Below, piece by piece: positions 22,329-31,702 of a stretch of 64,000 bases of DNA. The notes under the pieces were generated by a model that saw only the letters and a program-made list of their open reading frames with translations, did no database searches and was not told where the DNA came from. Numbering within the stretch: position 1 is the first letter of the stretch; the number at the start of each line of letters is the position of its first letter. The stretch lies in the NCBI RefSeq assembly GCF_904419835.1, contig NZ_CAJFTA010000003.1; one strand, given 5' to 3'. Made by a program: the position numbers and the translations under genes. Origin of the DNA: an uncultured Pseudoflavonifractor sp. (lineage in GTDB: Bacteria > Bacillota > Clostridia > Oscillospirales > Oscillospiraceae).

Positions 22329-23196
22329 CGGCCTTCTCACCTCTTCTCGACTTAAAAATGATGTTAAGGGGGTTGAATTTGGGCTTATCATTCTCATCGC
22401 TCTGAGGCAGAAGCTCGTTGCGCAGCAGACGCTCCAGGGTCTCAGGCGCCAGATGGCGCTTCAGCATGCCCCCCGTTGCCACGGAGATGGAGCCTGTCTC
22501 CTCCGAGACAATGGCCACTACCGCGTCTGAATGCTCACTGGCGCCGATACCGGCCCGGTGGCGCATGCCCAGGTCACGGGAGAGATTCACATTTCCGGAC
22601 AGGGGCAGCATGCAGCCTGCGCCCGCAATCCGCCCGGCCCTTACAATGACCGCGCCGTCATGGAGCGGCGCCTTGTTCCAGAAAATATTCTTCAGCAGTT
22701 CGGCATTGACCACGCAGTCCAGAGCTGTTCCGGTTTTTATGGCGTCATCCAGCTGGTTTTTCCTTTCAAAGACCATCAATGCGCCGGTTTTGGTCTTAGA
22801 GAGGTCCGTATAGGCCCGCACTGTCTGGGTAATGGCATTCTCCAGCTCGCCGGGCGCCTCTTCCCTGACAAACACGCTGCCGATACGGCTGCGGCCCATC
22901 TGCTCCAAAAAACGCCGTATCTCAGGCTGAAACAAAATGACCAGGGCCAGAACGCCCCACTCCAACACCCTGCCCATCACATAGCTGAGCATCCGAAGGT
23001 TAAATGCGCTGACCAGCACAAAGGCCACGATTACAAGGAGAACGCCCTTCATAACCTGACCAGAGCTGGTGCGGCGGACAATCATCAGCAGCTTATAGAA
23101 AATAAACGCCATGATAATGATGTCCAGGATATCTGCTACACCAATGGCAGGAAAGGCCATAAAGGTCTCCTGAACCCACTGTATTATCTGTTCCAT
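22303..23196 (-). CDS. cdaA: diadenylate cyclase
   Basis: 3 TM, LFQPEIRR, PLHDGA, GMRHRA, VSEETG. Confidence 0.95.
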   Translation of the reverse strand: MEQIIQWVQETFMAFPAIGVADILDIIIMAFIFYKLLMIVRRTSSGQVMKGVLLVIVAFVLVSAFNLRMLSYVMGRVLEWGVLALVILFQPEIRRFLEQMGRSRIGSVFVREEAPGELENAITQTVRAYTDLSKTKTGALMVFERKNQLDDAIKTGTALDCVVNAELLKNIFWNKAPLHDGAVIVRAGRIAGAGCMLPLSGNVNLSRDLGMRHRAGIGASEHSDAVVAIVSEETGSISVATGGMLKRHLAPETLERLLRNELLPQSDENDKPKFNPLNIIFKSRRGEKADVEKSKGQ

Positions 23197-23284
23197 TCTT
23201 CCCTTCACCTGCACTTTAGCCGTCCGGGTATGTTCATCTATGGACTGGTCGGACTGACGTTTTCATACTCTGCCTATTTTAAAG

Positions 23285-23313
23285 ATTATACTTTATCGCT
23301 GTGGAAATGGCAA
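23285..23313 (-). promoter_or_regulatory. sigmaA promoter for cdaA operon
   Basis: TTGCCA-17-TATAAT. Confidence 0.75.
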
Positions 23314-23386
23314 TACAGCAGACATGAATTTTCTATAAATTCCCGCGGTCCTCTACTGCTGTCCTTCTCTTTTCCACTGTTTTATG

Positions 23387-23429
23387 AAAAAGCCGCTATG
23401 CTTTGGGCTGCAAAGCATAGCGGCTTTTT
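23387..23429. terminator. intrinsic terminator (symmetric)
   Basis: AAAAAGCCGCTATGCTTTG-GGCTG-CAAAGCATAGCGGCTTTTT perfect stem. Confidence 0.85.
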
Positions 23430-24573
23430 AATGCCGGACAGTGTCCTGCGCACAGGCGGCGATGCACCTCACGGCCCGGACAAACTGCTCTGTTTCACAA
23501 AGGCTGTTAAAGGCGGAAAAGCTGGCACGAACTGTGCCTGTCTCCAGTGTGCCCGCAGACTGATGGGCCAGCGGCGCGCAGTGAAGCCCCGCCCGGACCG
23601 CAATTCCCATCTCTCCCAGCGCGGCTCCTGCCTCCTCGCAGTCCATGTCTTGAACGCAGAAAGACAGGACCCCCGCCTGCCTTGTGCCCTCTCCCGCCGC
23701 ATATACGGTCACACCGGGAATTCCAGCCAGCGCCCGGGCAGTACGTCTGGTAAGCATCGCTTCGTGTGCAAAAATTTTATCTGTCCCCATTCTGGATACG
23801 TATCGGATTCCCTCCAGCAGACCGGCAATGCCCGCAATATTGTGGGTGCCCGCCTCCAGCCGGTCAGGCAGAAAATCCGGCATCTCCTGGAGGGCCGAAA
23901 GGCTCCCTGTGCCCCCCTCCAGGAGGGGCTGCGTCTCCGCGCCGCACAGAAGCAGCCCGGTGCCCTGGGGACCGTACAGCCCCTTATGCCCTGGCATAGC
24001 AATAAAGGCCGCTCTCAGCTCATCCATGTGCACCCGCAGGCAGCCGGCAGATTGGGAGGCATCCAGGATGAACGGCACGCCCCGCTCCCCGCACAGCGCG
24101 GCAATCCGGTCTATGGGGAGAATATAGCCGAACACGTTGGACACATGGTTGCAGATCACCGCCCGTACCTCTCCGGTCAGCTGCTCCTCAAACTGCCGGA
24201 CCAGCTGGTCCGGACAAAACAGTGGCCCGGAGGCCACCTTAATCCGCACGTCCCGCATACTGTGGAGCGGGCGGGTCACCGCATTGTGCTCATAGCCGGA
24301 GATGAGCACGGTATCTCCCGGATGGACCAGGGATTTGATCGCCAGGTTGAGCCCGTGGGTAGCGTTCATGGTAAACACCACCTGCTCAGGGTTCTCCACC
24401 CGGAACAGCTCGGCGGCGGCCTGACGGCAGGCAAACGCGGTATCTGCCGCCAGCGCCGCCGGACGGTGGCTCCCGCGGCCCGGACTGGCCATATGCCCCA
24501 TGGCATAGGCCGTCGCCCGGGCCACGGACGGCGGCTTCTGCATGGTTGTGGCAGCGCTGTCCAGATATATCAT
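23428..24573 (-). CDS. aminotransferase class V / cysteine desulfurase family protein
   Basis: Start MIYLDSAATT; EHNAV, DASQSAG, PGHKGLYGPQG, EAGT, VRAGLHCAP. Confidence 0.9.
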   Translation of the reverse strand: MIYLDSAATTMQKPPSVARATAYAMGHMASPGRGSHRPAALAADTAFACRQAAAELFRVENPEQVVFTMNATHGLNLAIKSLVHPGDTVLISGYEHNAVTRPLHSMRDVRIKVASGPLFCPDQLVRQFEEQLTGEVRAVICNHVSNVFGYILPIDRIAALCGERGVPFILDASQSAGCLRVHMDELRAAFIAMPGHKGLYGPQGTGLLLCGAETQPLLEGGTGSLSALQEMPDFLPDRLEAGTHNIAGIAGLLEGIRYVSRMGTDKIFAHEAMLTRRTARALAGIPGVTVYAAGEGTRQAGVLSFCVQDMDCEEAGAALGEMGIAVRAGLHCAPLAHQSAGTLETGTVRASFSAFNSLCETEQFVRAVRCIAACAQDTVRH

Positions 24574-24827
24574 AGCAGCCGTACCTCTTTGTAGCTCCCG
24601 TCGGCGGACTGGATAAAGACCCGTCTGGGGGCGAGCCCCACCCGCCCCAGAATTGTCAGGGCATCCGCCAGATTGCGCTCTGACACCTTCACCGCGTGGC
24701 TGCATCCCTCTCCGGAAATACTTCTGGGGGAGCGCAGAATGTGGGCCGTAATACCAGCCCGCTCCAATGCCTGGGCTGTCCGCTGGGCATAGGTCAGGGA
24801 GCGGCAGATAATCAGGTAGTATACCAT
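24570..24827 (-). CDS. DUF3343 domain protein (putative Se/S carrier-like)
   Basis: RSLTYAQR, PRSISGEGC; overlaps desulfurase start. Confidence 0.75.
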   Translation of the reverse strand: MVYYLIICRSLTYAQRTAQALERAGITAHILRSPRSISGEGCSHAVKVSERNLADALTILGRVGLAPRRVFIQSADGSYKEVRLL

Positions 24828-24952
24828 CAAACATGACCATTCCTTTCCTGGGTATTCTCAATGGCCGCAGCCTTCTGAGAGGAATGTCATTGTTCCTTGC
24901 GTTCTGCGCTGCCCCTGCCGGGCATGGCGGGACAAAACGCTCCTCTCGCCCC

Positions 24953-24979
24953 AGTATATGCCGTTCAGAGGCGTCCGGT
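24953..24979 (-). promoter_or_regulatory. possible sigmaK/sigmaE-type promoter
   Basis: AC-17-CATATACT downstream of ispF terminator. Confidence 0.35.
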
Positions 24980-25015
24980 CACCGGACGAGAACTTCCATG
25001 CGCCCGGAGCACGGC

Positions 25016-25046
25016 AAAAGGGGCGCCGCCAAATGGCAGCGCCCCT
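25016..25046 (-). terminator. terminator after ispF
   Basis: AGGGGCGCTGCC-ATTT-GGCGGCGCCCCT-TTT on minus strand. Confidence 0.75.
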
Positions 25047-25048
25047 CA

Positions 25049-25522
25049 TTATACCTCTTCCAGCAGGACAACCGCGTGGGCGGCAATCCCCTCCCCGCTT
25101 CCGGTAAAGCCCAGGCCCTCCTCTGTGGTGGCCTTCACGTTTACCCGGCTCTCAGGGACGCCCATATGCTGCGCCAGCACAGCCCGCATAGCGGGAATAT
25201 GGCCCGCCAGCCTGGGCCGCTGGGCTAGAATGGTCATATCCGCATTTCCCAGTCTGAACCCACTGGAATGCAGCCGCTCCATTACCCGGTCCAGCAGTAC
25301 TAAGCTGGAGATCCCCCCATAGGCCGGGTCGTTGTCGGGGAACAGCTTCCCGATGTCCCCCAGCGCCGCAGCGCCCAAAAGGGCGTCCATCAATGCATGA
25401 GTCAGCACGTCGGCATCCGAGTGCCCCAGCAGTCCCTTCTCCCAGGGGATCTCCACCCCACCCAGAATCAGCTTCCGCTCCGATACCAGGCGGTGCACGT
25501 CATATCCATGTCCAATCCGCAA
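25049..25522 (-). CDS. ispF: 2-C-methyl-D-erythritol 2,4-cyclodiphosphate synthase
   Basis: [27 protein letters not shown]. Confidence 0.96.
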   Translation of the reverse strand: MRIGHGYDVHRLVSERKLILGGVEIPWEKGLLGHSDADVLTHALMDALLGAAALGDIGKLFPDNDPAYGGISSLVLLDRVMERLHSSGFRLGNADMTILAQRPRLAGHIPAMRAVLAQHMGVPESRVNVKATTEEGLGFTGSGEGIAAHAVVLLEEV

Positions 25523-25573
25523 TCCCGCTCACTCGCTTTCCTCTGCCCCTGCTGTCCGGGCAGCATAATATCT

Positions 25574-26302
25574 CTATGTATCCCTGCTGTGCAGAATGGC
25601 CTCGGCCATCAGCATATCTGCCGGGGTTGTAATTTTGATGTTCTCATAGGAACCCTCTGTCAGGCAGACCTTCATACCAATGCGCTCCACCGCGCCGCAG
25701 TCATCGGTAATGGCCGCGCCGTCCTCCCCAGCTCTGCGCAGTGCGCCCAGCAGCAGGTCGCTGTCAAACACCTGAGGCGTCTGGACGGCAAAAAGCTGTG
25801 TCCGGTCCGGCGTCTCCACCACCACGCCATCCAACGCCCGCTTGACGGTGTCCTTCACCGGCACCGCCGGCGCGGCGGCGCCGCACTCCGCAGCCTTCCG
25901 GATGGCCGCGTCGATCACCTCCACTGTCACCAGCGGTCGGGCGCCGTCATGGACGGCAATAAGCTCCGCCCTGCCGCTCACCTCCTCCACGCCGATCAGC
26001 ACGGAGTCCGCCCTGGTGGCGCCGCCAACCAGCACCTTTGTCACCTTGTCCAGCGCGCAGTCCCGGCAGAGCTGTCCCACCGGCACAATTAAATCCTCCC
26101 GGGTGACCACCACAATCTCCTGAATCCGCTCCGAGGCGCTCAGCGCCCGCAGCGTATGCATCAGGACGGGGATATCGTCCAGGGGCAGCAGGATTTTGTC
26201 CTGCCCCCCCATTCTCCGGGATGAACCTGCCGCAGGCACAACCGCCGCGCACCGCGGCCCCTGCGGCTCCCGTTTCCTTCGCAGCCTTTTAATCAGTCCC
26301 AC
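25574..26302 (-). CDS. ispD: MEP cytidylyltransferase (GTG start inferred)
   Basis: AAGSSRRMG, HDGARP, QTPQ, TDD, NIKITTP. Confidence 0.95.
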   Translation of the reverse strand: MGLIKRLRRKREPQGPRCAAVVPAAGSSRRMGGQDKILLPLDDIPVLMHTLRALSASERIQEIVVVTREDLIVPVGQLCRDCALDKVTKVLVGGATRADSVLIGVEEVSGRAELIAVHDGARPLVTVEVIDAAIRKAAECGAAAPAVPVKDTVKRALDGVVVETPDRTQLFAVQTPQVFDSDLLLGALRRAGEDGAAITDDCGAVERIGMKVCLTEGSYENIKITTPADMLMAEAILHSRDT

Positions 26303-26477
26303 GTTCCTTCTCCCTTTCAGGTAGCGTGCCCCGCCTTCTTTTCCGCCATGGATATACCAAAAAAGCACAACTTCCTCCCGACTCTTGACGCCCCCGCGTC
26401 AGCCGAGGGGAAGTTATGCTTCCGACGAGCCGCAGGCTTTCCGGCCTGCGGCAGACAATCCTTCTTTTCTATCTTTA

Positions 26478-26954
26478 TTAGGCCATCGCGCCGTTTATAC
26501 GCGCTTCCACGTCCTCGTAGCTGGCATTCTGTGAGAGGACAATCTCAGAAATCAAAATCTGCTTTGCAGAGTGCAGCATCTTGCGCTCCCCGGTGGAGAG
26601 TCCCCGGTCCACATCGCGGCGCATCAGCCCCTTGACCACCCGGGCCACCTCCAGCAGATCGCCGCTCTTTAGGCGCATCATGTTTTCCCGGTAGCGGCGG
26701 TTCCAGTTCTGGGTCATATCCACCTCAATGTCCCGTATGGCGGCAAGGACCCTGTCTGCCTCGTCCCGTCTGCAGACAGGCCGCACACCTATCTCCTCGC
26801 TGTGCTCCGTGGGGACCATAACCAGCATCCCGCCAACAGGCAGCTTGAGAATGTAGTACTCCCGCACCACACCGTTTACCTTCTTGCGGACAATGCTGTC
26901 TACTACGCCTGCACCGTGCATTGGATGGACGATTTTATCGCCTACCTGAAACAT
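26478..26954 (-). CDS. carD: CarD family transcriptional regulator
   Basis: FQVGDKIVHPMHGAG, WNRRYREN, LSTGERKML. Confidence 0.93.
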   Translation of the reverse strand: MFQVGDKIVHPMHGAGVVDSIVRKKVNGVVREYYILKLPVGGMLVMVPTEHSEEIGVRPVCRRDEADRVLAAIRDIEVDMTQNWNRRYRENMMRLKSGDLLEVARVVKGLMRRDVDRGLSTGERKMLHSAKQILISEIVLSQNASYEDVEARINGAMA

Positions 26955-27003
26955 GTTACACCTCCAGTTACCGCTCATACCTCCACTATACTTTTATAGT
27001 TAT

Positions 27004-27032
27004 ATTATAGTCAATTTTCGCTCATTTTGCAA
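27004..27032 (-). promoter_or_regulatory. sigmaA promoter for carD
   Basis: TTGCAA-17-TATAAT; a second overlapping TTGACT-18-TATAGT lies just downstream. Confidence 0.75.
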
Positions 27033-27074
27033 GGGAAAAACGGCAAAATCATTAACCAAACTGTAAATATTGTG

Positions 27075-27111
27075 AAAAAGCGGCCTGTTTTCAGAAGAAA
27101 ACAGGCCGCTT
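27075..27111 (-). terminator. terminator after ispH-rpsA
   Basis: 15-bp stem AAGCGGCCTGTTTTC/GAAAACAGGCCGCTT plus T-run on minus strand. Confidence 0.85.
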
Positions 27112-27133
27112 CCGGGCTTTGCCTATTGTGGAA

Positions 27134-29155
27134 TTACTCCGCGTCGGTACCGGCAAAGTCGCCGGCCACCTCGGTGCCCTCGCTGTCAGAGGTGGCAACC
27201 AGAGCGTCGGCGCCGTCAGCATCGGCGGCGGAAGAGCGCTGGGCATCCTCCAGCAGAGCGCGGATGGACAGGGAAACCTTTTTGCGGTCCATGTCGATAT
27301 CGGTGATCTTCACATCTACCATCTGGCCCTCGCTGAGCACATCGCCGGGCTTGTCGATGCGGTGATCGGCAATCTGGGAGATGTGGATCAGGCCGTCCAC
27401 GCCGGGGACGATCTCGGCAAAGGCGCCGAAGGTCATCAGCTTGACCACCTTGACGTTGGCGGTGTCGCCCACGCCGTACTTGGTGGTGAACACAGTCCAG
27501 GGATCCTGGCTGCGGTCCTTCATGCCCAGGGAGATCTTCTTCTTCTCCTTGTCGAAGGAAATGACGTACACCTCCACGGTGTCGCCCACCTTCACCACCT
27601 CAGAGGGGTGCTTGATACGGCTCCAGGAGAGCTCAGAGATGTGGACCATGCCGTCCACGCCGCCGATGTCCACAAAGGCGCCGTAGGAAGTCAGGGACTT
27701 CACGGTGCCGGTGTACTTCTTGCCCTCCTCGATGTTCTCCCACACCTCGGCGGCCTTGGCGGCGCGCTCCTCGGCGGTGACAGCGCGGATGGAGCCCACC
27801 ACGCGGCGGCGGGCGCGGTTAACCTCAGTGATGCGGAGGCGGACGTGCTTCTTCAGCAGCTCGCTCATGGGAGTCTCGCGGGGCAGGCCAGTCTGGGAGG
27901 CGGGCACAAACACCCGGACGCCCTTGATGCTGACCACAACGCCGCCCTTGTTCTCCTCGGTGACAACGCCCTCGACAGTGGTGTGATCCTCACGGGCCTG
28001 CTCAATATCGTCCCAGCTCTTGACGGTGTCGAGACGCTTCTTGGACAGGGTGACAACACCCTCCTGATCGTTGACGCGCATGACATAGGTCTCGATCTCG
28101 TCGCCCACGTGGACCAGATCTTCGACCTTTACAGTGGGATCGTCGGTCAGCTCAGACACCGGTATGTAACCGGCGTGCTTGGTGCCGAGATCGACATAGA
28201 TCTCAGTGGGCGTAATGCCAGTGACAACGCCTGTAACCTTCTCCCCTGTATTTAAAGTTTTGATCGATTTCTCCAGCATTTCAGCGAAGGATTCCTCGAT
28301 CTCCATGGTTTCGTCGCTCATTTTGTCATAGACCTCCTTTATAATCCACCCGGGCGTGGACGCACCCGCGGTGATTCCAATAGAAGCCTTCCCGTACAGG
28401 TTGGAAGGTTCCAGATCCTCCGCCCCTTCGATCCAGAGGACCTGAGGACAGAGGGCCGCGCACAGCTCCGCAAGCCTTCTCGTATTGGAGCTCTTGCGGT
28501 CTCCAATTACAATCATGGCATCACTTTGGGCGGCCAGAGCCTGGGCCGCTTCCTGGCGCTTGCACGTAGCACTACATATTGTATCAAAAACTTTTAAATT
28601 TGTACACTCTTTTTTTGCTTTTTCTACGCACAAATCCCAACTTTTTCTGGCAGCGGTGGTTTGAGAAACCAAAGTAAGGGGCTTTTCCCGGTTTTCAGGC
28701 TCTTTCTCCAGCCATTTTCCCAGCGCCTCCGCGTTCTCCAAAACCACCGGATGGGCGCACCATCCGGCAATCGCGGTGATCTCCGGATGGTTGGGCGTCC
28801 CGATGATAACGGGCTGTCGGCCCGCCTGCTCCGCCTCGGCCACAATTCTGTGAATGCGGGACACATTGGGGCAGGTGGCATCCAGAATTTCCCCCCGGGC
28901 CCTCAGCACCTCATGGACCGCCCTGGGTTCACCGTGGGACCGGATAAGCACCGCCGCTCCCTCGGGGACCTCCTCGGGCCGCGACACGCTGGTCAGGCCC
29001 ATGGACTCCAGATGGCGCACCACGCTGTCGTTGTGAATCAGGCTGCCCAGCATGACGCATCGCTTCCCGGAGGCGGCCGCCTGCTCCGCCATCTCCACCG
29101 CCCGCTTGACGCCGTAGCAGAAGCCGGCGTGCTCCGCCATTGTCACCCTGCTCAT
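27134..29155 (-). CDS. ispH: bifunctional IspH (LytB) / 30S ribosomal protein S1
   Basis: GFCYGVKRA, DATCP, SQTT, DTIC, GITAGASTP followed by four S1 repeats (DGMVHISELSW, DGLIHISQI). Confidence 0.95.
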   Translation of the reverse strand: MSRVTMAEHAGFCYGVKRAVEMAEQAAASGKRCVMLGSLIHNDSVVRHLESMGLTSVSRPEEVPEGAAVLIRSHGEPRAVHEVLRARGEILDATCPNVSRIHRIVAEAEQAGRQPVIIGTPNHPEITAIAGWCAHPVVLENAEALGKWLEKEPENREKPLTLVSQTTAARKSWDLCVEKAKKECTNLKVFDTICSATCKRQEAAQALAAQSDAMIVIGDRKSSNTRRLAELCAALCPQVLWIEGAEDLEPSNLYGKASIGITAGASTPGWIIKEVYDKMSDETMEIEESFAEMLEKSIKTLNTGEKVTGVVTGITPTEIYVDLGTKHAGYIPVSELTDDPTVKVEDLVHVGDEIETYVMRVNDQEGVVTLSKKRLDTVKSWDDIEQAREDHTTVEGVVTEENKGGVVVSIKGVRVFVPASQTGLPRETPMSELLKKHVRLRITEVNRARRRVVGSIRAVTAEERAAKAAEVWENIEEGKKYTGTVKSLTSYGAFVDIGGVDGMVHISELSWSRIKHPSEVVKVGDTVEVYVISFDKEKKKISLGMKDRSQDPWTVFTTKYGVGDTANVKVVKLMTFGAFAEIVPGVDGLIHISQIADHRIDKPGDVLSEGQMVDVKITDIDMDRKKVSLSIRALLEDAQRSSAADADGADALVATSDSEGTEVAGDFAGTDAE

Positions 29156-29769
29156 GCCGCCTTGGCCCCCAGGGCGTGGATGCGCTCCATCAGCTCTTCG
29201 GCGATCTCCTTATACTCCTCCGCGGTTCCCTTTTTGCTCTCCACATGGGGATAGTATGGCTCACCGATCACGATATTAGTAAACCGGAACCACTTCTTTT
29301 TTTCCGGGATGTAAACCGGGACAATCGGCGCGCCGGTACGGACGGCTAACATGGCCGCGCCGCTCTTGGCCTCGCTCTCGTGGCCATGCTTATCCACGCC
29401 GCCCTTTACGCGGGTGCCCTCGGGGAAGAGCAGCACCTTTTCACCGCTCTTTAGGTACTTGATAGCGGTCTTGATGGCGGTCACGTCGGACTTGCCGCGG
29501 TCGACGGCAAATACCCCTGCCTTTTTCAGCAGCCAGCCCAGCACCGGGATGTTCATAAACTCGGACTTGGCCATGGGCCGGAGCTGATACTTCCGCCCCA
29601 CCGCCATCACCAGGCAGACCGGGTCGTTCAGACAGGAGTGGTTGGCGCAGAACAGGGCCCCGCCCTGGGGCAGGTTCTCTTTCCCGATGGCCCGGCAGGG
29701 GTGGCACAGGCTGAAGAAGGGCCAGATAATGGTCCACAGAATGGAATATACTCTATATATGCTTCTCAT
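29152..29769 (-). CDS. plsC: 1-acyl-sn-glycerol-3-phosphate acyltransferase
   Basis: NHSCLND (HxxxxD), FPEGTR. Confidence 0.9.
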   Translation of the reverse strand: MRSIYRVYSILWTIIWPFFSLCHPCRAIGKENLPQGGALFCANHSCLNDPVCLVMAVGRKYQLRPMAKSEFMNIPVLGWLLKKAGVFAVDRGKSDVTAIKTAIKYLKSGEKVLLFPEGTRVKGGVDKHGHESEAKSGAAMLAVRTGAPIVPVYIPEKKKWFRFTNIVIGEPYYPHVESKKGTAEEYKEIAEELMERIHALGAKAA

Positions 29770-30443
29770 GCGTCCAGACGCTCCTTAATGGTTTTCAGCA
29801 GCACCTCATAGCTCTCTTCCAGGGAGTTGCCGGTGGTATCCACCGGAATCGCGTCCTCCGCCTTGCGCAGCGGCGCGGCGGCCCGCTGGGTGTCCTTTTC
29901 ATCCCGGGCCACGATCTCGGAGAGCACAGTGTCGTAATCACTGTCCACGCCCCGCTCCTTCAGCTCGGCATACCGGCGGCGAGCCCGATCCTCGGAGGTG
30001 GCGGTGAGAAAGATCTTTACGTCTGCCTCCGGCAGCACCACAGTACCGATATCCCGGCCGTCCATAATCACATTCTGCCGCCGGGCCAGATCCCGCTGCA
30101 TATCCATCAGGAAGGCTCTCACCTCGGGGACCGCAGACACCGCTGAGGCATAGCGGGAGATCTCGGGCAGACGGATCTCCTCGCTCACATCCTCATTGTC
30201 CAGGTACATATGCTGGAGGCCGTCCGCACCGTGGCGCAGGTCAATGGACAGCCCGGGCAGCATGCCGATTACGGCGCCGCTGTCCTCCGGCGAAATGCCG
30301 CTGCGCCAGGCGGCCAGCCCCACCGTGCGGTAAATGGCGCCTGTGTCCACATAGAGATACCCAAGGGATTTGGCCAGCATCCTGGCCAGTGTGCTCTTTC
30401 CCGCGCCGGACGGCCCGTCCACCGCAATGCTTCTGTACTTCAA
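29766..30443 (-). CDS. cmk: cytidylate kinase (TTG start inferred)
   Basis: IAVDGPSGAGKST, DTGAIYR, DGRDIGT. Confidence 0.95.
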   Translation of the reverse strand: MKYRSIAVDGPSGAGKSTLARMLAKSLGYLYVDTGAIYRTVGLAAWRSGISPEDSGAVIGMLPGLSIDLRHGADGLQHMYLDNEDVSEEIRLPEISRYASAVSAVPEVRAFLMDMQRDLARRQNVIMDGRDIGTVVLPEADVKIFLTATSEDRARRRYAELKERGVDSDYDTVLSEIVARDEKDTQRAAAPLRKAEDAIPVDTTGNSLEESYEVLLKTIKERLDA

Positions 30444-31702
30444 TATAAATCTCCTCCCGCCTGTAATACAGTCTCCGCGGCAGATTCTCCCGCCGCATGG
30501 CCGGTAGACCACGCAATCTGAAGATTAAAGCCGCCGGTGTAGGCGTCGGCGTCCAGCACCTCACCTGCAAAGTAAACGCCCTTTACAAGCTTTGACTGCA
30601 TTGTCTTGGGATCCACCTCGGTCACCTTGATGCCGCCAGAGGTCACAATGGCCTCCTCCACCGGCCGGGGACCGGTAATCTCCACCGGAAAGCCCTTCAG
30701 CAGCTCCAGCAGCCGCCTCCGCCCCTCCCGGGTCACAGAGTTGGCCTTTGTCCCGGCCGGGATGCCGGTCAGCTCCGCCAGCACCGGCACCATCAGCCGG
30801 GGGACCAGGCCGTCCAGCACATTGTGAAATTCCCGGTTGGGGTTCTCCCCCAGGTCCCGCAGGAGGCGGGCGTCCAGGGTCTTCTCGTCCAGCGCCGGCT
30901 TCATGTCAATCCAGACCGTGTAGTGCTCCTTGTCAAAGTCCCGCATATGGGCGCTGGCGCTGAGAATCAGAGGCCCGGAGAGGCCGAAATGGGTGAACAG
31001 CATCTCCCCCTGCTCCTGGTAAATCACCTTTTTCTTGCTGTTTTTCACCTTAATCGCCACGTTCCGCAGGGAAAGCCCCTGCATTCTGCGGCACAGTTCT
31101 CCCTCTGCCACCAGCGGCACCAGGGAGGGCTTGGGCGGAATGATGGTGTGGCCCAGCGCCGCCGCCATCTGATAGCCGTCGCCGGTGGAACCGGTCAGCG
31201 GATAAGAGACGCCGCCGGTGGCAAGGATAACCGCCTTACAATGGTACTCACCCCGCTCCGTGCGCACCCGCAGGCCCTCCCCGGAGGAGCGGATATCCGC
31301 CGCACGCTCCTCCCGGATCTCCACCCCCGCCCGGCGCAGCCCCAACAACAGAGCGTCGATGATATCCGCCGCCTTGTCAGACTGGGGAAACACCCGGTTC
31401 CCCCGCTCCGTCTTGAGGGTCACCCCCAGAGAGGTAAAGAGCTCCTTTACCGACGCGGGTGGGAATCGAGTCACCGAGCTGGTGAGAAACCGGCCGTTGT
31501 GGGGGATGTTCTTCAATACCTCGTCGGGGCCGCAGTCGTTGGTGACGTTGCAGCGGCCCTTTCCGGTGATGTACAGCTTGCGGCCCAGCTTCTGGTTGCG
31601 TTCCAGCAGTATGACGGACGCCCCGTTCCGGGCCGCGGTGAGGGCGGCCATGCAGCCCGCCGCGCCGCCGCCAATGACAACAATCTCTGTCTCTATGGTC
31701 AA
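30440..31702 (-). CDS. HI0933/BaiN-like flavoprotein
   Basis: GGGAAG, ITGKGRCNVTN, GSTGDG, TGGFNLQ. Confidence 0.92.
   Translation of the reverse strand: MTIETEIVVIGGGAAGCMAALTAARNGASVILLERNQKLGRKLYITGKGRCNVTNDCGPDEVLKNIPHNGRFLTSSVTRFPPASVKELFTSLGVTLKTERGNRVFPQSDKAADIIDALLLGLRRAGVEIREERAADIRSSGEGLRVRTERGEYHCKAVILATGGVSYPLTGSTGDGYQMAAALGHTIIPPKPSLVPLVAEGELCRRMQGLSLRNVAIKVKNSKKKVIYQEQGEMLFTHFGLSGPLILSASAHMRDFDKEHYTVWIDMKPALDEKTLDARLLRDLGENPNREFHNVLDGLVPRLMVPVLAELTGIPAGTKANSVTREGRRRLLELLKGFPVEITGPRPVEEAIVTSGGIKVTEVDPKTMQSKLVKGVYFAGEVLDADAYTGGFNLQIAWSTGHAAGESAAETVLQAGGDLY

Noticed and set aside
23428..24861. 477 aa ORF-track version of the cysteine desulfurase
   Set aside because: The extension overlaps DUF3343 in another frame; family N-terminus MIYLDSAATT starts at 24573.
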